A stretch of 64,000 bases of DNA from Patescibacteria group bacterium (GCA_041658665.1 JBAZZR010000001.1:256576-320575); one strand, 5' to 3'; positions 36,556 to 47,876 are shown, counted from the first letter of the stretch. Notes: generated by a model not told the origin, from the sequence alone. Translations and numbers: made by a program.

Positions 36556-37513
36556 ATTTTTTATGAGAAAAATAAAGGGCGACCGCTAATCTTTTAAGAA
36601 TTTGTTTAAATTTATCGAGTAGGCCTTCAGGAGAACGATAACCGTAGTTAAATTTCGCATCGACGATTTTAACTTGAGCGATTACTTGATCGAGCTTGGT
36701 CGTGTAGGGGCGATAAATTATTTTTTCAATAATAGGGTTGAGGCGGTAAAAAGAAGAATGGAGCTCATATTTTTGCGGCGCGATGATTCTTAGAGTATGA
36801 GTGTGGTAGAAAATTAAGGGCTGATTATCAATTAGAATTTGGCCGTTATTTTCTCGAATATGATAGCGGTTAGCGTTCCAAGGAGCGACGTTAGCGCCGG
36901 GATGTTTTAAGACATGAATGCCGGCGAAATCTTGAGGCCAAGTGTCTAAATACATCTGATCACCGAATTTTCCCTCCTCATGTCTATTATAGCACCATTT
37001 TAAACAAGCTTGGCTCCACTGCGCTAAAACCGCTTGTCCAATCTCGTTATTTTTAAAAATAATCAAGGCGACGTTATAAATACCGGATTTTTCTAAGTAT
37101 TTAAGGCGTTCCTCGTAGTTATGTCGAATAATTAAGACGGAATCGGAACCTAATTCGTCATAAATTGGCTGCGGCGAAGAATAGAAATAAATATCACTAT
37201 CAAGATAAGCTAAATCAGTTAATTCTGGTTGATTTTTTAATAGATAATTGGTAAAGACTGAGCCTAAGGTCCAGCAGTATTCACCGCGCGAACGATTAGC
37301 TTTTGCCGCTAGCAACTGAGTATCTTCAATATCGCTCAGTTTAATTAAAATAGTATTTTTTAAGGCTAATTTTTTTAATAAATCATAAGTTTCTGCGTCT
37401 AAGCAGAGAATATAGAGTTGAAAGTCGGGGCAGTAGCGGACAATAGAATCATGTAGGGCCAGCCCGCGGAAAGCATAATTTTTATCGAATAGGGTACAAA
37501 AATTATAAAGCAT
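36548..37513 (-). CDS. putative GT-A fold nucleotide-sugar transferase
   Basis: 321 aa. N-terminal FCTLFDKNY and a DxD-like LDSDIYF. The family was not resolved. Confidence 0.5.
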   Translation of the reverse strand: MLYNFCTLFDKNYAFRGLALHDSIVRYCPDFQLYILCLDAETYDLLKKLALKNTILIKLSDIEDTQLLAAKANRSRGEYCWTLGSVFTNYLLKNQPELTDLAYLDSDIYFYSSPQPIYDELGSDSVLIIRHNYEERLKYLEKSGIYNVALIIFKNNEIGQAVLAQWSQACLKWCYNRHEEGKFGDQMYLDTWPQDFAGIHVLKHPGANVAPWNANRYHIRENNGQILIDNQPLIFYHTHTLRIIAPQKYELHSSFYRLNPIIEKIIYRPYTTKLDQVIAQVKIVDAKFNYGYRSPEGLLDKFKQILKRLAVALYFSHKKYE

Positions 37514-37517
37514 AAGA

Positions 37518-38240
37518 TTATTTTTTAGCCGTTATGGCGTAGTCTAGAGTCAGCCAGGAGTTTCTAAAAATAAAATCTAAAATAATAAAAATAATTTGAA
37601 TCGGAAAACAGAGAATAAGCGCGCTTAAGAGTTTAAACGGTTTATTTTTTAAAAATAATCTTTCAAAAATAAAAGCGGCGATAAGTTGGCCACAGACCCG
37701 AAAGACGCCGCTCGTTTCTTCCAGTTTTTCAATAGTGAGACCGGACTTGGCAAAGATCCGTTTATGCTCGTAACGAGTGAAGCGGCGAAAATCGTTAGGG
37801 ATTTCGTGTTCGCTCCAAACCAGGGGCATAGTGAGAAAAACTTGACCGTTAGTTTTTAAAACTCGTCTGATTTCGCTCAGGAGTTTTTCGGGGTCCCCAG
37901 CGTGTTCTAAAACTTCAGTACAGATTACCGCGTCAAAATTATTATCCGGAAAGGGGATAGTGGTGCCGTTATAAAATTTATCGACTATTTTCGCTTGGTC
38001 AAAATGTCCGCCGCCAGCAATATCGATACCGATATATGTCGCCCCCGGAAATAAACTAGCGTAGGGCTTCGAACCGCAACCGACGTCTAGAATCGTTTGT
38101 GACGTAAAATCAGCGGCCGCAAATTTTTTTATTTTTTTAAGTAAACCGTAGCGGGCAATAAAATACGGATTAATTAATACGGAATACCAGGCCGGTCGGA
38201 AAAAATGTCGATCGATGATTTGTTTTATTTTAGTTGGCAT
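37518..38240 (-). CDS. class I SAM-dependent methyltransferase
   Basis: 240 aa with motif I ILDVGCGSKPY, plus C-terminal TM segments. Confidence 0.75.
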   Translation of the reverse strand: MPTKIKQIIDRHFFRPAWYSVLINPYFIARYGLLKKIKKFAAADFTSQTILDVGCGSKPYASLFPGATYIGIDIAGGGHFDQAKIVDKFYNGTTIPFPDNNFDAVICTEVLEHAGDPEKLLSEIRRVLKTNGQVFLTMPLVWSEHEIPNDFRRFTRYEHKRIFAKSGLTIEKLEETSGVFRVCGQLIAAFIFERLFLKNKPFKLLSALILCFPIQIIFIILDFIFRNSWLTLDYAITAKK

Positions 38241-38251
38241 AAAGACAATAA

Positions 38252-39175
38252 CTAAGCCCGGGCGCTAAAGATTTTTGTAAATATTTTGAGGTAGTATTTA
38301 CAATTGATAAAAAAGATAAGGAGTCTTAAGCGGGGGGAGCGGAAATATTCTATAATCGTTTTTTTAGCGGCGCTATTTTCTTCAATCGGAATGGGGCCGA
38401 TTTTAATGGGTTGGGTAGAAAGGAGTGTCTGAAAAACTTGGGTGCGTCCTGTATGGGTACCGCTGTTATCAAAACCAGCATTAGAAACTAAGGAGCGTCC
38501 GGGGTAAAGAGTTAGTTTATTTTTTAAGAAAGCGGTTGCATACCAACGAATGGCCCAAGAATTATTTAGACCTTTTAATTGTCCCTTAAGCATCTGGAGA
38601 TAAGGATAAGAACCGTCTAAGTCGAATTCATAGCCTAATTTTTCGGCTCGTAAGGCTGTTAATAACTTTTGACTATCGGTTTCGAGCAAGTCCCAGCCTC
38701 TTTTCCAGGTCGCCCAGCCCCAACAATCCGCCCCTCTTAAAAAAAAAGTTTCCGGCAGCGGGCGCTTAGTCGGATAGACATAGCCATGGATACTAATAAT
38801 TTTATCGTTCTCTGCGTAACGATCGAGGGCTTCGTTCAGGTATTTTAAGAAATAGGGCGCCGTAATTAAATCATCTTCTAAAACGATTATTTTAGTAAAC
38901 TGACGGATGATTTCGGTGACGCCCTTAATAATTGAATCAGCCAAACCGAGATTTTTTTCGCGTTCGATAATTTTAACGCTTTTAAAGCCGGTTACGGTTT
39001 TTAAATAGGTTCTGACTGCCTGGACACTAGCGAGGGACTTATCGTTCTTAGCACCATCAGAAAAAATAATTAAATCGCTCTCAGCGGCTGATTCATTCTT
39101 GGCTAGAGCGGCGAGAGTTTGTTGGGTATGCTCTAAGCGGTTATAAGTAAATAGCGCGATGGGAGCAAGAGACAT
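38252..39175 (-). CDS. putative GT-A fold glycosyltransferase
   Basis: The MSLAPIALFTYNR start at 39175 lies 4 nt after the wecB stop. The track start at 39229 would overlap wecB by 50 nt. VLEDDL is a DxD-like motif. Confidence 0.55.
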   Translation of the reverse strand: MSLAPIALFTYNRLEHTQQTLAALAKNESAAESDLIIFSDGAKNDKSLASVQAVRTYLKTVTGFKSVKIIEREKNLGLADSIIKGVTEIIRQFTKIIVLEDDLITAPYFLKYLNEALDRYAENDKIISIHGYVYPTKRPLPETFFLRGADCWGWATWKRGWDLLETDSQKLLTALRAEKLGYEFDLDGSYPYLQMLKGQLKGLNNSWAIRWYATAFLKNKLTLYPGRSLVSNAGFDNSGTHTGRTQVFQTLLSTQPIKIGPIPIEENSAAKKTIIEYFRSPRLRLLIFFINCKYYLKIFTKIFSARA

Positions 39176-39179
39176 AAAT

Positions 39180-40298
39180 TTAAGAATTTTTTTTGAGTAC
39201 TTTAATAATTCGTTCACAAGTTCGGCCATCTCCGTAAGGGTTCTTGATTTTTGCCATTTGTTGGTATTTTTTAGAATTATTAAGTAAGCTCAGGGTTTCT
39301 TGCACTATTTTTTTATAGTTAGCACCAACTAGTTTAGCCGTTCCGGCTTTTAAGCCCTCCGTTCGCTCCGTTACTTCTCGAGTGACAAGAATTGGTTTAT
39401 TAAGAGACGGCGCTTCTTCTTGAATACCGCCGGAGTCTGTAATAATTAAATAGGATTTTTTCATTAACCAAATGAGGTAAGGATATTCCAGAGGTTTGAT
39501 GAGATGGATATTTTCAGTATTACCTAAAATTTTGTAAACCGGTTCTTTAACTCGCGGATTGAGGTGGACGGGATAAACGATTTGGACGGGATAATTTTCC
39601 GCTAAATTTTTTAAGGCGCGGCAGATATTTTCGAGAGGCTTTCCGAAACTTTCTCGACGGTGTCCGGTCACTAAGATTATTTTTTTAGAATAATCTAAAA
39701 AATTAAAGAATTTTTGATACCGATCATTTTTCTTAGTCAGGTGAATTATTTTAAGCGCGTGGCGTAAGGCGTCGATGACGCTATTGCCTACTACCCAGAC
39801 ATTCTGTTTAATATTTTCTCGGCGTAAATTTTGACCGGCTAATTTAGTCGGGGCAAAATGGAAGTCCGCGAGTTGGCTGATCATCTTACGATTAATCTCT
39901 TCAGGAAAAGGCGAATATTTATTAAAACTACGGAGGCCGTCTTCGAGATAAGCGATTTTTATGCGGCGATAGAAAGCGGCGAGAGCGCCGACGAAAGCGG
40001 AAGTAGTATCCCCCTGGACGATTAAAATATCCGGATTGATCTCCTCTAAGATAGTATCCATATTTTTTAACGAGCTGGCGGTAAGATCGAACAGAAATTG
40101 ATTATTTTTCATCAGGTTTAAATCGAAGTCAGGTACGATTTTAAAAAAACTTAAAATCTGATCCAACATTTCTCGATGTTGGCCGGTCACGCAGACCTTA
40201 ACGTTAAAAAATCTTTTTTGTTTTTTCATCCTGATGATTAAGGGGGCTAGCTTAATCGCTTCCGGTCGAGTACCGAAAACAAAGAGAATAGTTTTCAT
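39180..40298 (-). CDS. wecB: UDP-N-acetylglucosamine 2-epimerase
   Basis: 372 aa. FGTRPEAIKLAP, VTGQHREML and TDSGGIQEEAPSL are diagnostic. Confidence 0.88.
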   Translation of the reverse strand: MKTILFVFGTRPEAIKLAPLIIRMKKQKRFFNVKVCVTGQHREMLDQILSFFKIVPDFDLNLMKNNQFLFDLTASSLKNMDTILEEINPDILIVQGDTTSAFVGALAAFYRRIKIAYLEDGLRSFNKYSPFPEEINRKMISQLADFHFAPTKLAGQNLRRENIKQNVWVVGNSVIDALRHALKIIHLTKKNDRYQKFFNFLDYSKKIILVTGHRRESFGKPLENICRALKNLAENYPVQIVYPVHLNPRVKEPVYKILGNTENIHLIKPLEYPYLIWLMKKSYLIITDSGGIQEEAPSLNKPILVTREVTERTEGLKAGTAKLVGANYKKIVQETLSLLNNSKKYQQMAKIKNPYGDGRTCERIIKVLKKNS

Positions 40299-40302
40299 AA
40301 AT

Positions 40303-41541
40303 TTATTTTTGGATATATCTTTGTTTAATTAAAGGCCATAACCAATTGAAAGGTCGAAAAAGCCCGGGGTAACGACGATATAATTTAGTGGCCCGATTAG
40401 ATCGCTGCGCTTCGTAATTAATTATCGCTTGTCGGGCGGAGTTTTTTTGGGCGGAATCGATTATTTTAAATTCTGGGAAAAGCTTCACTAGGGGTTGACT
40501 ATTAACTTGCCAATTAAGTTTTTCTTCGGCCGAGCGTCGCGCCTGCTTCTTATAATTAGATAAGCTAGCGATATTGTCAATATAAAATTGCATTTTTTCG
40601 GTTAAACTTTCTAAATTAGGATCACAGAGCGGCCAGTAATAGTTATCGGAGCGCGGCCGCCAACTGTCGATTTTTACTAATTGTCCATTATTTTCGTCGA
40701 TAAATTCGTTCATGGGCGGGTTATCGCTCGTGATTACCGGTAAGCCACAGGCTAGCGCTTCTGGTAGGGTTAAACCGATGCCGTCTAAGCGGGAAGGGTA
40801 CACATAAATATCGCCTAAATGATAAAGACCGGGCGCTGTCACCGTTCCTTGGTAAAATTTTAATTTTTGTTGGGCGATTAGTTCGGTTATTAAGTCAGTC
40901 AACTCAGGATAAGTTTTAGTTAAGTCAATTTGGGTGTGAATGAGTAATTGGGCCGGTCCCGTGATCTTGGCCCAAGCCTTAATAACTAAATCAGTCCCTT
41001 TTCTTTCCGGGCTGACGCCGGCGGAATGAAAGAACGTGACTAGTCCCGGATTAGCCGGGGCGGAACTATGTGGTTGAAAAATTTTTAAATCCGTCCCCCA
41101 GGGTATGTATACTGCTTGAGGATGCCAAGAAAAAACGCTCTGATGCCGTTTGGTATTGCAGATTAGAAAATCATAAATGGCGAAAAGAGGCACGGTTTCC
41201 GGTGTGTAGTAGTCAATATAAGAACCGGTTTTAACTTTCAAGTCTTGGCATAATAGGACCGGGTCCCACCACTGTTGTTCGTTGAAAAAGACCAGATCTA
41301 GTTTATTTTTTAGAATCCAGGTTTTAAAATCCGCTAAATCAATGGACATGGCGACGTGGAGAGGTATCTTTTTGCCCCAAGTAACTGTAGGATCGTCCCA
41401 ATATTTATCACCGATAGCATAATGTTCACCACCGCGGGCATAAATAAAAATTTCATGGTCAGTCTGCAGTGACTCGCGGTACTGGCGGGAGACATAAGCC
41501 GCGCCGCGTTCTTGCCAGGTTGTTACTATGCCAATTTTCAT
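40303..41541 (-). CDS. GT-B (family 4-like) glycosyltransferase
   Basis: 412 aa with a C-terminal EGIGLTLPEALACGLPVI-type EX7E region. Confidence 0.7.
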   Translation of the reverse strand: MKIGIVTTWQERGAAYVSRQYRESLQTDHEIFIYARGGEHYAIGDKYWDDPTVTWGKKIPLHVAMSIDLADFKTWILKNKLDLVFFNEQQWWDPVLLCQDLKVKTGSYIDYYTPETVPLFAIYDFLICNTKRHQSVFSWHPQAVYIPWGTDLKIFQPHSSAPANPGLVTFFHSAGVSPERKGTDLVIKAWAKITGPAQLLIHTQIDLTKTYPELTDLITELIAQQKLKFYQGTVTAPGLYHLGDIYVYPSRLDGIGLTLPEALACGLPVITSDNPPMNEFIDENNGQLVKIDSWRPRSDNYYWPLCDPNLESLTEKMQFYIDNIASLSNYKKQARRSAEEKLNWQVNSQPLVKLFPEFKIIDSAQKNSARQAIINYEAQRSNRATKLYRRYPGLFRPFNWLWPLIKQRYIQK

Positions 41542-41553
41542 AATTGAGGCTGG

Positions 41554-42366
41554 TTATTTTTTAGCGATTAGACTCTTAAAATCGTCTAAGATTTCGTAAA
41601 GAGTCGGCGGAAAATAACTTTTATCTTTATTTAGATCTAAAACTTTGATTTGAAAGTCGACTTGAGGGTCAAAGGGGTAGGTTTTACTCTCGACCGCCGC
41701 GGTTAAAATTTCGGTTTGGGCGAGAGATTGATAATCCTGTTGGTGGGCATACCCCTTTATTTTAGCAAGCATTTCGGGAATCGTTAAGCACCAGGAGAAA
41801 TGACAGCCCGTTATTTCGGGATAAATCCAACCGGCGTAACGCCACTGGCCGGGATAACGGAATTTATAATACCAGGCGCGGCAGACCGTTGGGGCAATGA
41901 ATTTATTATTAGCCCAGAGATAGTTAAGTCGGTAGTAAAATTGGTAGAGAGGTAATTGAATAGCTGGTCGCCAGAATTTAAGCTGAGCGATGAGCTGAGG
42001 ATATTTTTGACCAAAGATTATTTCATCCGCGTCCACAGAAAAGATTATATCATTATTAGCTAATTTAATTTGAGAGGCGAAATAACCCCGCATAATTTTT
42101 TCATTTTTATGAGCTTGCTGGCGGTTGTCTTGAGCCGGTTTAATAAAAGAAGCAGCCTCGACGCCTAAATAAATAATTTTGGCTTGTTCGCTCGCCGAAA
42201 ATTCCGAGTAGTAATTATTAAAAATTAATTCGCGGGTGGCACCAGTATGAGTTCGATTAAATTCGCAGATAATAAATTTATCGATATAAGGGAAAGCTTC
42301 CCGAATATTTAATTTTAGATATTTTATTTCCGCGGCGGCCGAAAAAATTGTCTTAAGATAAATCAT
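41554..42366 (-). CDS. hypothetical protein, possibly GT17-like glycosyltransferase
   Basis: 270 aa with a DxD-like SVDADEIIF. The assignment is tentative. Confidence 0.35.
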   Translation of the reverse strand: MIYLKTIFSAAAEIKYLKLNIREAFPYIDKFIICEFNRTHTGATRELIFNNYYSEFSASEQAKIIYLGVEAASFIKPAQDNRQQAHKNEKIMRGYFASQIKLANNDIIFSVDADEIIFGQKYPQLIAQLKFWRPAIQLPLYQFYYRLNYLWANNKFIAPTVCRAWYYKFRYPGQWRYAGWIYPEITGCHFSWCLTIPEMLAKIKGYAHQQDYQSLAQTEILTAAVESKTYPFDPQVDFQIKVLDLNKDKSYFPPTLYEILDDFKSLIAKK

Positions 42367-42375
42367 ATAATAATG

Positions 42376-43218
42376 TTAACAGGCGTGCCACAGGGAATAA
42401 TAAGGATTGTCGGTTTGACGCAATTTAACCCAAAAAGGATCGTTTTGCTCCGTCATATAATCAAGCCACTCTTGACTGTGAATGATTTTTTTAGGTTTGC
42501 CGATTACTCCTGCTAAGATAGCGAAAGTGCTGGGAGAGGAAATTAAAACATCACATTGCGATAGTTGATAAAAATCAATGATGGGTAAATTTAAATTATC
42601 GCTTTGGTAAAATTCTTGTTTATTATTTTGTAAAAAATGGCTTGTTTCTAAGTAGGCGGGGAAGTTCTGGTCATCAGTAAAAAGAACAAAAACTAGTTTT
42701 TGACCAGGGAAATTAGCCAGACAATATTCGATTGCTTTTTGATAATAGTTGAATTTTAAAGAAGCGCGAGCGTTCCAGGCGGCGAAATCAGTACCGCGGA
42801 AATGTAGGCCGATTACTAGTTTATTGGTGGTGATAAAGGTAAATTCTTTTTGATAGTTCGGTTTTATTTCTATGAAATTTTGGGGCGGAAAGAATAAATA
42901 GTCGAAAAAAACATTGCCGAGAAATGGTGGCTGGAGGATAATATTATAATTTTCCGCATTTTTTTCCGTGATTAATCGTAAAAGCTCGATTGGCTTTTGC
43001 CGACCGACTTGAGCGGCGGTTAAGGTAATTTTTTTCGTGAAAATTAAAGGGTAAAGACTCGGCCGCCGTTTTTGCTCCAGGCCGACAAAAAATGGCGCTT
43101 CGGGAAATTTTAAATGAAAATATTCCAGGCCGGTTTGAGCGGCGAGTTGTCTTAAAAAGTGATAATGGAAGAGCCGATTACCTAGGCGGCCAGAGGAAAG
43201 TTTAGTGATACCAATCAT
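42376..43218 (-). CDS. GT11-like alpha-1,2-fucosyltransferase
   Basis: Start at MIGITKLSSGRLGNRLFHY (GT11 motif GGLGNQMFQY-like). HFRGTDF and SSPSTFAILAG parallel GT11 motifs. The co-located gmd and fcl supply GDP-fucose. Confidence 0.6.
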   Translation of the reverse strand: MIGITKLSSGRLGNRLFHYHFLRQLAAQTGLEYFHLKFPEAPFFVGLEQKRRPSLYPLIFTKKITLTAAQVGRQKPIELLRLITEKNAENYNIILQPPFLGNVFFDYLFFPPQNFIEIKPNYQKEFTFITTNKLVIGLHFRGTDFAAWNARASLKFNYYQKAIEYCLANFPGQKLVFVLFTDDQNFPAYLETSHFLQNNKQEFYQSDNLNLPIIDFYQLSQCDVLISSPSTFAILAGVIGKPKKIIHSQEWLDYMTEQNDPFWVKLRQTDNPYYSLWHAC

Positions 43219-43916
43219 ATTTTTTTTAAAATAGCCCGGAAACAATATAATTGTTTATCTGGAGAATAGAGGGCGCGAGGCGGGAGAGTAAAGTCAACGG
43301 CCGCGGCAAAAGTCAAATTAAGGCGTTCAATAATTCTTTTAAAGTAGTAGAGGTTAATAGTTGGATAATCAAAAGTCAGGATAATCAAACCATTATCCTT
43401 TAAAACTCGGCGAAATTCTCGGAGAGAGTGTTCGATATTTCTGGGGATGAATTTATCAAAGCCAGGGTGGTCGTTAAAATAGGGATATTTATTCGGCCAG
43501 TCGTTGAGGTGCTCAAGCACGGAGAGACAATAAATTTTATCAAATTTTTTATTTTCGTAGGGCATTTTAGTTAAACTCGCTTTTTGGTAGACGATTTTTT
43601 GAAAATATTCCGGGGTCATTTTATTTAGACCGGTGGCGCCGAAGACTTCGAATATCTCCTTTTTTATTTCCCCTTCTTCGAGGATTCGTGGATCGTAGTC
43701 GAGCGCGTGAGTCTCCTGGCCATGATCCGCCAGATAAAACTTAAAGGGATGGCAAATACCACTAGCGGCATCTAAAGAAATATCTGTTTTTTCTATAAAT
43801 TTACTAGCCCAGATATATTCATAAAAACGACTCCACCAGGTCGGATGAAGGGGGAAAAAAAAATCGCTATTTTTTTCATCGTCAACTAAGAAAAAACGAG
43901 AAGTGTAATCGGACAT
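43215..43916 (-). CDS. putative SAM-dependent methyltransferase
   Basis: 233 aa. LDAASG..., the acidic loop LDYD and a VLEHL region. Weak but consistent with a class I MTase. Confidence 0.5.
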   Translation of the reverse strand: MSDYTSRFFLVDDEKNSDFFFPLHPTWWSRFYEYIWASKFIEKTDISLDAASGICHPFKFYLADHGQETHALDYDPRILEEGEIKKEIFEVFGATGLNKMTPEYFQKIVYQKASLTKMPYENKKFDKIYCLSVLEHLNDWPNKYPYFNDHPGFDKFIPRNIEHSLREFRRVLKDNGLIILTFDYPTINLYYFKRIIERLNLTFAAAVDFTLPPRALYSPDKQLYCFRAILKKI

Positions 43917-43917
43917 A

Positions 43918-44595
43918 TTAGTCGGTTGAACTAGTTAGTTTTTTTAAAATTATAAAATCGGCCCCTGATTGGTCACGATATTTTTGGGCGATTGTTTCTA
44001 AAATAAGGAAATTTTTAAATTCTTTCAAATATTTATAAGTATCCCAGTAGACAATATGGCGACCGCGACGATAGTTAAAATTTTCTGTATTGGTGTAGAG
44101 AATAACCAGATTATTAGCGCAAGAGAATATATCGGTCAGCGTTTTTTTCAAATCGACTTCGCTCGTTATATGATAGAGCACATCCAGGCAGATGACTAAA
44201 TCCGCTTTAATAAAATTATTAAAAAAACTCTGGGGATGGTAAAGAATAAAGCTTTTGCTCTGGTCATCTGAGTATAGCTTTTGGCACATTTGTACCGAAG
44301 AGGGGGCAATGTCTAGGCCGAGATACTTTTTTATTTTTATATTTTTAATTTGTTGCCCGTCGCCGCAGCCAAAATCGATCATAGTTTCGGCTTGGTATTC
44401 TTGAATAAATTTATTGATAATGTTTGTTTTAAAATCGCTTAAGACACCGTAAGAACCTAAGCCCGAATTGCCGCCTTGGCGATAGCGTTTTTCCCAGTAG
44501 TTAGTGTAGTTAAATTTATAATGGGGATTATATTCGGCCAAAGTTGTTCTAAGGGCCGTTAAAATAGATCGCCAAGTTGGTCGGATACTAGACAT
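43918..44595 (-). CDS. class I SAM-dependent methyltransferase
   Basis: 225 aa with motif I MIDFGCGDGQ. Confidence 0.7.
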   Translation of the reverse strand: MSSIRPTWRSILTALRTTLAEYNPHYKFNYTNYWEKRYRQGGNSGLGSYGVLSDFKTNIINKFIQEYQAETMIDFGCGDGQQIKNIKIKKYLGLDIAPSSVQMCQKLYSDDQSKSFILYHPQSFFNNFIKADLVICLDVLYHITSEVDLKKTLTDIFSCANNLVILYTNTENFNYRRGRHIVYWDTYKYLKEFKNFLILETIAQKYRDQSGADFIILKKLTSSTD

Positions 44596-44597
44596 AT

Positions 44598-45887
44598 TTA
44601 AGATTGAAATTTATTTATTTTTACTCTAATAACTGGAAAGAGTAAGAGCGATAGTGGCACCGCGCTGTAAGAGATGAGAGTCGCTAGAGCACTTCCCAGT
44701 ATACCATAATGGGGAATAAGGAGGATATTTAAGATAATATTGAGCCCGGCACCTAGGACGGTTATAAACAAGTAGAGTCGGGTGAGGTTTTCGGCGATTA
44801 AATAATAGTTAACCACGATCATTAAAAAACTGGGGATAATCGACCAGAGGTAAATTTTAAAAGTAGCGACGGATAGTAAATAGGCGGTGCCAAAAAGTAA
44901 CCGGATAATTGGTTCCGCTAAGACAAATAAAACTAAGGCGATAAAAATAGCGATTAATGAAATCAGTAAAAATAATTTTTTTAATCGAGCTAAGTAGTTG
45001 TCTTGATTGTCTCTGGCGTTGACGATCGAAGGGAATAAGGAAGCGCAGATAATGCTAGGGATGAAACAGCAGGCCTCAGTCAGCCGAGCGGAAACGGAAT
45101 AAAGGCCGACGGCCGTGGTGTCTAAAAGTTGTTTGATAAAAATTTGATCAATTTTTGAATAGGTCGTCACCGCTATCGCCGTTAGCATAATCGGCCACGA
45201 ATCGCGCAGGAGAAGATTAACGACCCCTTTGTTCAATTGTCGATAAAAAAAAGTTTTATAATTTTTATAATAAATAAATAATAAGCCGAGCGCTAAAGTC
45301 AGACTGTCAAAAATATAAACGGCGGTGAGCCAGATTACTCCCAGATTAAGACCAATGAGGACTAATTTAAGGATAGCGGAAATTAGGGTGACTGATAACT
45401 GTATGACTACTGCTTTTTTCGCTAGAACTTGGGATTGAAAAAAAATATTAATAACCGTGAAACTTTGTCCGACGAGGGTTAAGGAAAAAATAAAAATTAA
45501 TAACCGAATTAGATAACTTTGATTAAAAGTCCAGGAGACTAAATTAATAATAATAATAGCGAGGAGTCCGCCGCCTAATTTTAACCAAAAACCAGCGCTG
45601 AGTAGTTCATCCCTTTTTTCCGGAAATTTTATTAATTCTCGATTAAGAATATTTTCTACTCCGAAACCGGCTAAGAAGCCAAATAGAGCGACGAAACTGA
45701 GCGCGTAGTTCATGGCGCCAAAATTTTCTGGTCCTAAATAGCGGGCGATATAAGTGCCGACAAAAAAGGAGACTGCTAAACTAAAAAATTGCCCGAGAAA
45801 CATCCAGCTAGTGTTTTTAAAATAGCGCTGGAAACCGGGCTGGAGAATTTTAGTTTTTAAGTTTTCTAACTTTAAGTATTCTAACAT
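44598..45887 (-). CDS. wzx: MOP-family polysaccharide flippase (Wzx-like)
   Basis: 429 aa with about 12 predicted TM segments and the typical N-terminal FKNTSWMFLGQ pattern. Confidence 0.7.
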   Translation of the reverse strand: MLEYLKLENLKTKILQPGFQRYFKNTSWMFLGQFFSLAVSFFVGTYIARYLGPENFGAMNYALSFVALFGFLAGFGVENILNRELIKFPEKRDELLSAGFWLKLGGGLLAIIIINLVSWTFNQSYLIRLLIFIFSLTLVGQSFTVINIFFQSQVLAKKAVVIQLSVTLISAILKLVLIGLNLGVIWLTAVYIFDSLTLALGLLFIYYKNYKTFFYRQLNKGVVNLLLRDSWPIMLTAIAVTTYSKIDQIFIKQLLDTTAVGLYSVSARLTEACCFIPSIICASLFPSIVNARDNQDNYLARLKKLFLLISLIAIFIALVLFVLAEPIIRLLFGTAYLLSVATFKIYLWSIIPSFLMIVVNYYLIAENLTRLYLFITVLGAGLNIILNILLIPHYGILGSALATLISYSAVPLSLLLFPVIRVKINKFQS

Positions 45888-45889
45888 GT

Positions 45890-46837
45890 TTATTTTTTTA
45901 TTTTTTGTTCATTTTTTAAAAACCAGTCGTAAGTTATTTTTAGCCCATGAGTTAACGATATTTGCGGTCGCCAGCCGAGGGTTTTTAAACGGTTAATTGC
46001 TAGTAGTTTGCGGGGTGTGCCATCAGGTTTAGTTTTGTCCCAAGTAATTTTTCCGGTGAAGCCAGTCAGCTTTTTTATTTTTTCAGCCAGTTCTTTAATG
46101 CTTAAATCCCGCCCGTTGCCAATATTGACTGGTCCGCGGCGGCCGTCATATTTATCTAGCAAGAAGATAAGAGCGCTCGCTAAGTCGTCAATATAAAGAA
46201 AGTCTCGCCGCGGTTGGCCGCTACCCCAGAGGATGACCGTCGCTTGGTTCTTTGTTTTCGCTTCCTGAAATTTATGGATTAGGGCCGGCAAGACATGGGC
46301 ATTATTAAGATTAAAATTATCGTGCGGGCCGTAAAGATTAGTTGGCATGGCGGTAATATAACTAGTATTATATTGTTGGTTATAAAATTCGCACATTTTT
46401 AAACCGGCGATTTTCGCGATCGCGTAAGCTTCATTGGTTTTTTCTAGCGGCGCGCTCAGGAGATATTCTTCCTTAATCGGCTGTTTAGCGTCGCGCGGAT
46501 AAATACAAGACGACCCTAAAAATAATAATTTTTTGACTTTATTTTGATAAGCGGCTTGGATAACGTTGAGTTCAATCGCTAAGTTATCATAAATAAATTC
46601 CGCCGGATAAGTTTGGTTGGCTAAAATACCGCCGACTTTCGCCGCCGCCAAAAAAACATAGTCGGGCCGACAGCGTCGAAAAAAATTATTGACTTGGTTT
46701 TGATTTTTTAAATCTAGCGCTTGGTGTGAGCGGGTAAGTAGATTATTAAAACCTTGCTTAGTCAGGGCGCGGACTAAGGCGGAACCGACTAGTCCCTGAT
46801 GACCGGCGATATAGATTTTGGAATTTTTGTTAATCAT
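45890..46837 (-). CDS. fcl: GDP-L-fucose synthase
   Basis: 315 aa. [14 protein letters not shown], the YAIAK catalytic Y/K and NIGNG... are diagnostic of the Fcl/WcaG family. Confidence 0.88.
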   Translation of the reverse strand: MINKNSKIYIAGHQGLVGSALVRALTKQGFNNLLTRSHQALDLKNQNQVNNFFRRCRPDYVFLAAAKVGGILANQTYPAEFIYDNLAIELNVIQAAYQNKVKKLLFLGSSCIYPRDAKQPIKEEYLLSAPLEKTNEAYAIAKIAGLKMCEFYNQQYNTSYITAMPTNLYGPHDNFNLNNAHVLPALIHKFQEAKTKNQATVILWGSGQPRRDFLYIDDLASALIFLLDKYDGRRGPVNIGNGRDLSIKELAEKIKKLTGFTGKITWDKTKPDGTPRKLLAINRLKTLGWRPQISLTHGLKITYDWFLKNEQKIKK

Positions 46838-47876
46838 TTTTATTTTTTTCTTTATCGAAGTCGGCTGCCACCATTATTTTAACGAGTTCAGTAAACTTAA
46901 CCCGGGCTTCCCAGTTTAAAGCGTTTTTGGCTTTACTCGGGTCGCCGAGTAAAATATCAACTTCGGCCGGCCGGAAATATTTCGGATCGATTTCAATAAT
47001 AGTTTGGCCAGTATTTTTATCAATGCCTTTTTCGTTTAAGTCTTTGCCTTGCCAAATTATATTCATGCCTAGAGCTTGGCCGGCGGCCTCGACGAATTCT
47101 CTAACCGTATGGGTTTCCGCGCTAGCTAAAATATAATCATCTGGTTTGGTTTGCTGAAGCATTAAATACATCCCGACGACATAATCCGGCGCGTAACCCC
47201 AGTCGCGCTGGGCGTCGAGGTTGCCTAAAAAGAGGGTTTTTTCTTTACCGAGTTTAAGGCGGGCGAGCCCGCGGCTAATTTTTCGAGTCACGAAAGTTTC
47301 GCCGCGCCGCGGTGATTCGTGGTTAAATAATATGCCGTTAACCGCGAAGAGATTATAACTTTCTCGATAATTTTTAGTAATCCAGTAAGCGTAGACCTTG
47401 GCACAGCCGTAGGGAGAACGAGGCTGGAAAGGAGTATTTTCTGTAATCGGTAAATTTTCGGGAGCGACTTGGCCGAACATCTCGCTCGAAGAAGCTTGAT
47501 AGAATTTAGTTTTAAGGCCGGAGTTCTTAATTGCGTCTAAGATCCGTACTGTCCCGAGCCCGGTGGTATCCCCGGTATATTCTGGTAAATCGAAACTAAC
47601 CCGGACATGGCTTTGGGCGGCCAGATGATAAATTTCGTCCGGCTGAATTTTTTCTATTAGGCGGCTGATATTACTGCTGTCGGCGATATCGCCGTAATGT
47701 AAAAATAATTTGACGTCGCTTAAATGAGGATCTTTATAAAGATGATCTATTCGCTCGGTATTAAAAGTAGAGGCGCGCCGGATAATGCCGTGAACTTCGT
47801 AGTCTTTACTTAATAATAATTCCGCTAAGTAGGATCCGTCTTGGCCAGTGATCCCGGTAATTAAGGCTTTCTTCAT
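46830..47876 (-). CDS. gmd: GDP-mannose 4,6-dehydratase
   Basis: 348 aa. [29 protein letters not shown] and [15 protein letters not shown]. Confidence 0.92.
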   Translation of the reverse strand: MKKALITGITGQDGSYLAELLLSKDYEVHGIIRRASTFNTERIDHLYKDPHLSDVKLFLHYGDIADSSNISRLIEKIQPDEIYHLAAQSHVRVSFDLPEYTGDTTGLGTVRILDAIKNSGLKTKFYQASSSEMFGQVAPENLPITENTPFQPRSPYGCAKVYAYWITKNYRESYNLFAVNGILFNHESPRRGETFVTRKISRGLARLKLGKEKTLFLGNLDAQRDWGYAPDYVVGMYLMLQQTKPDDYILASAETHTVREFVEAAGQALGMNIIWQGKDLNEKGIDKNTGQTIIEIDPKYFRPAEVDILLGDPSKAKNALNWEARVKFTELVKIMVAADFDKEKNKND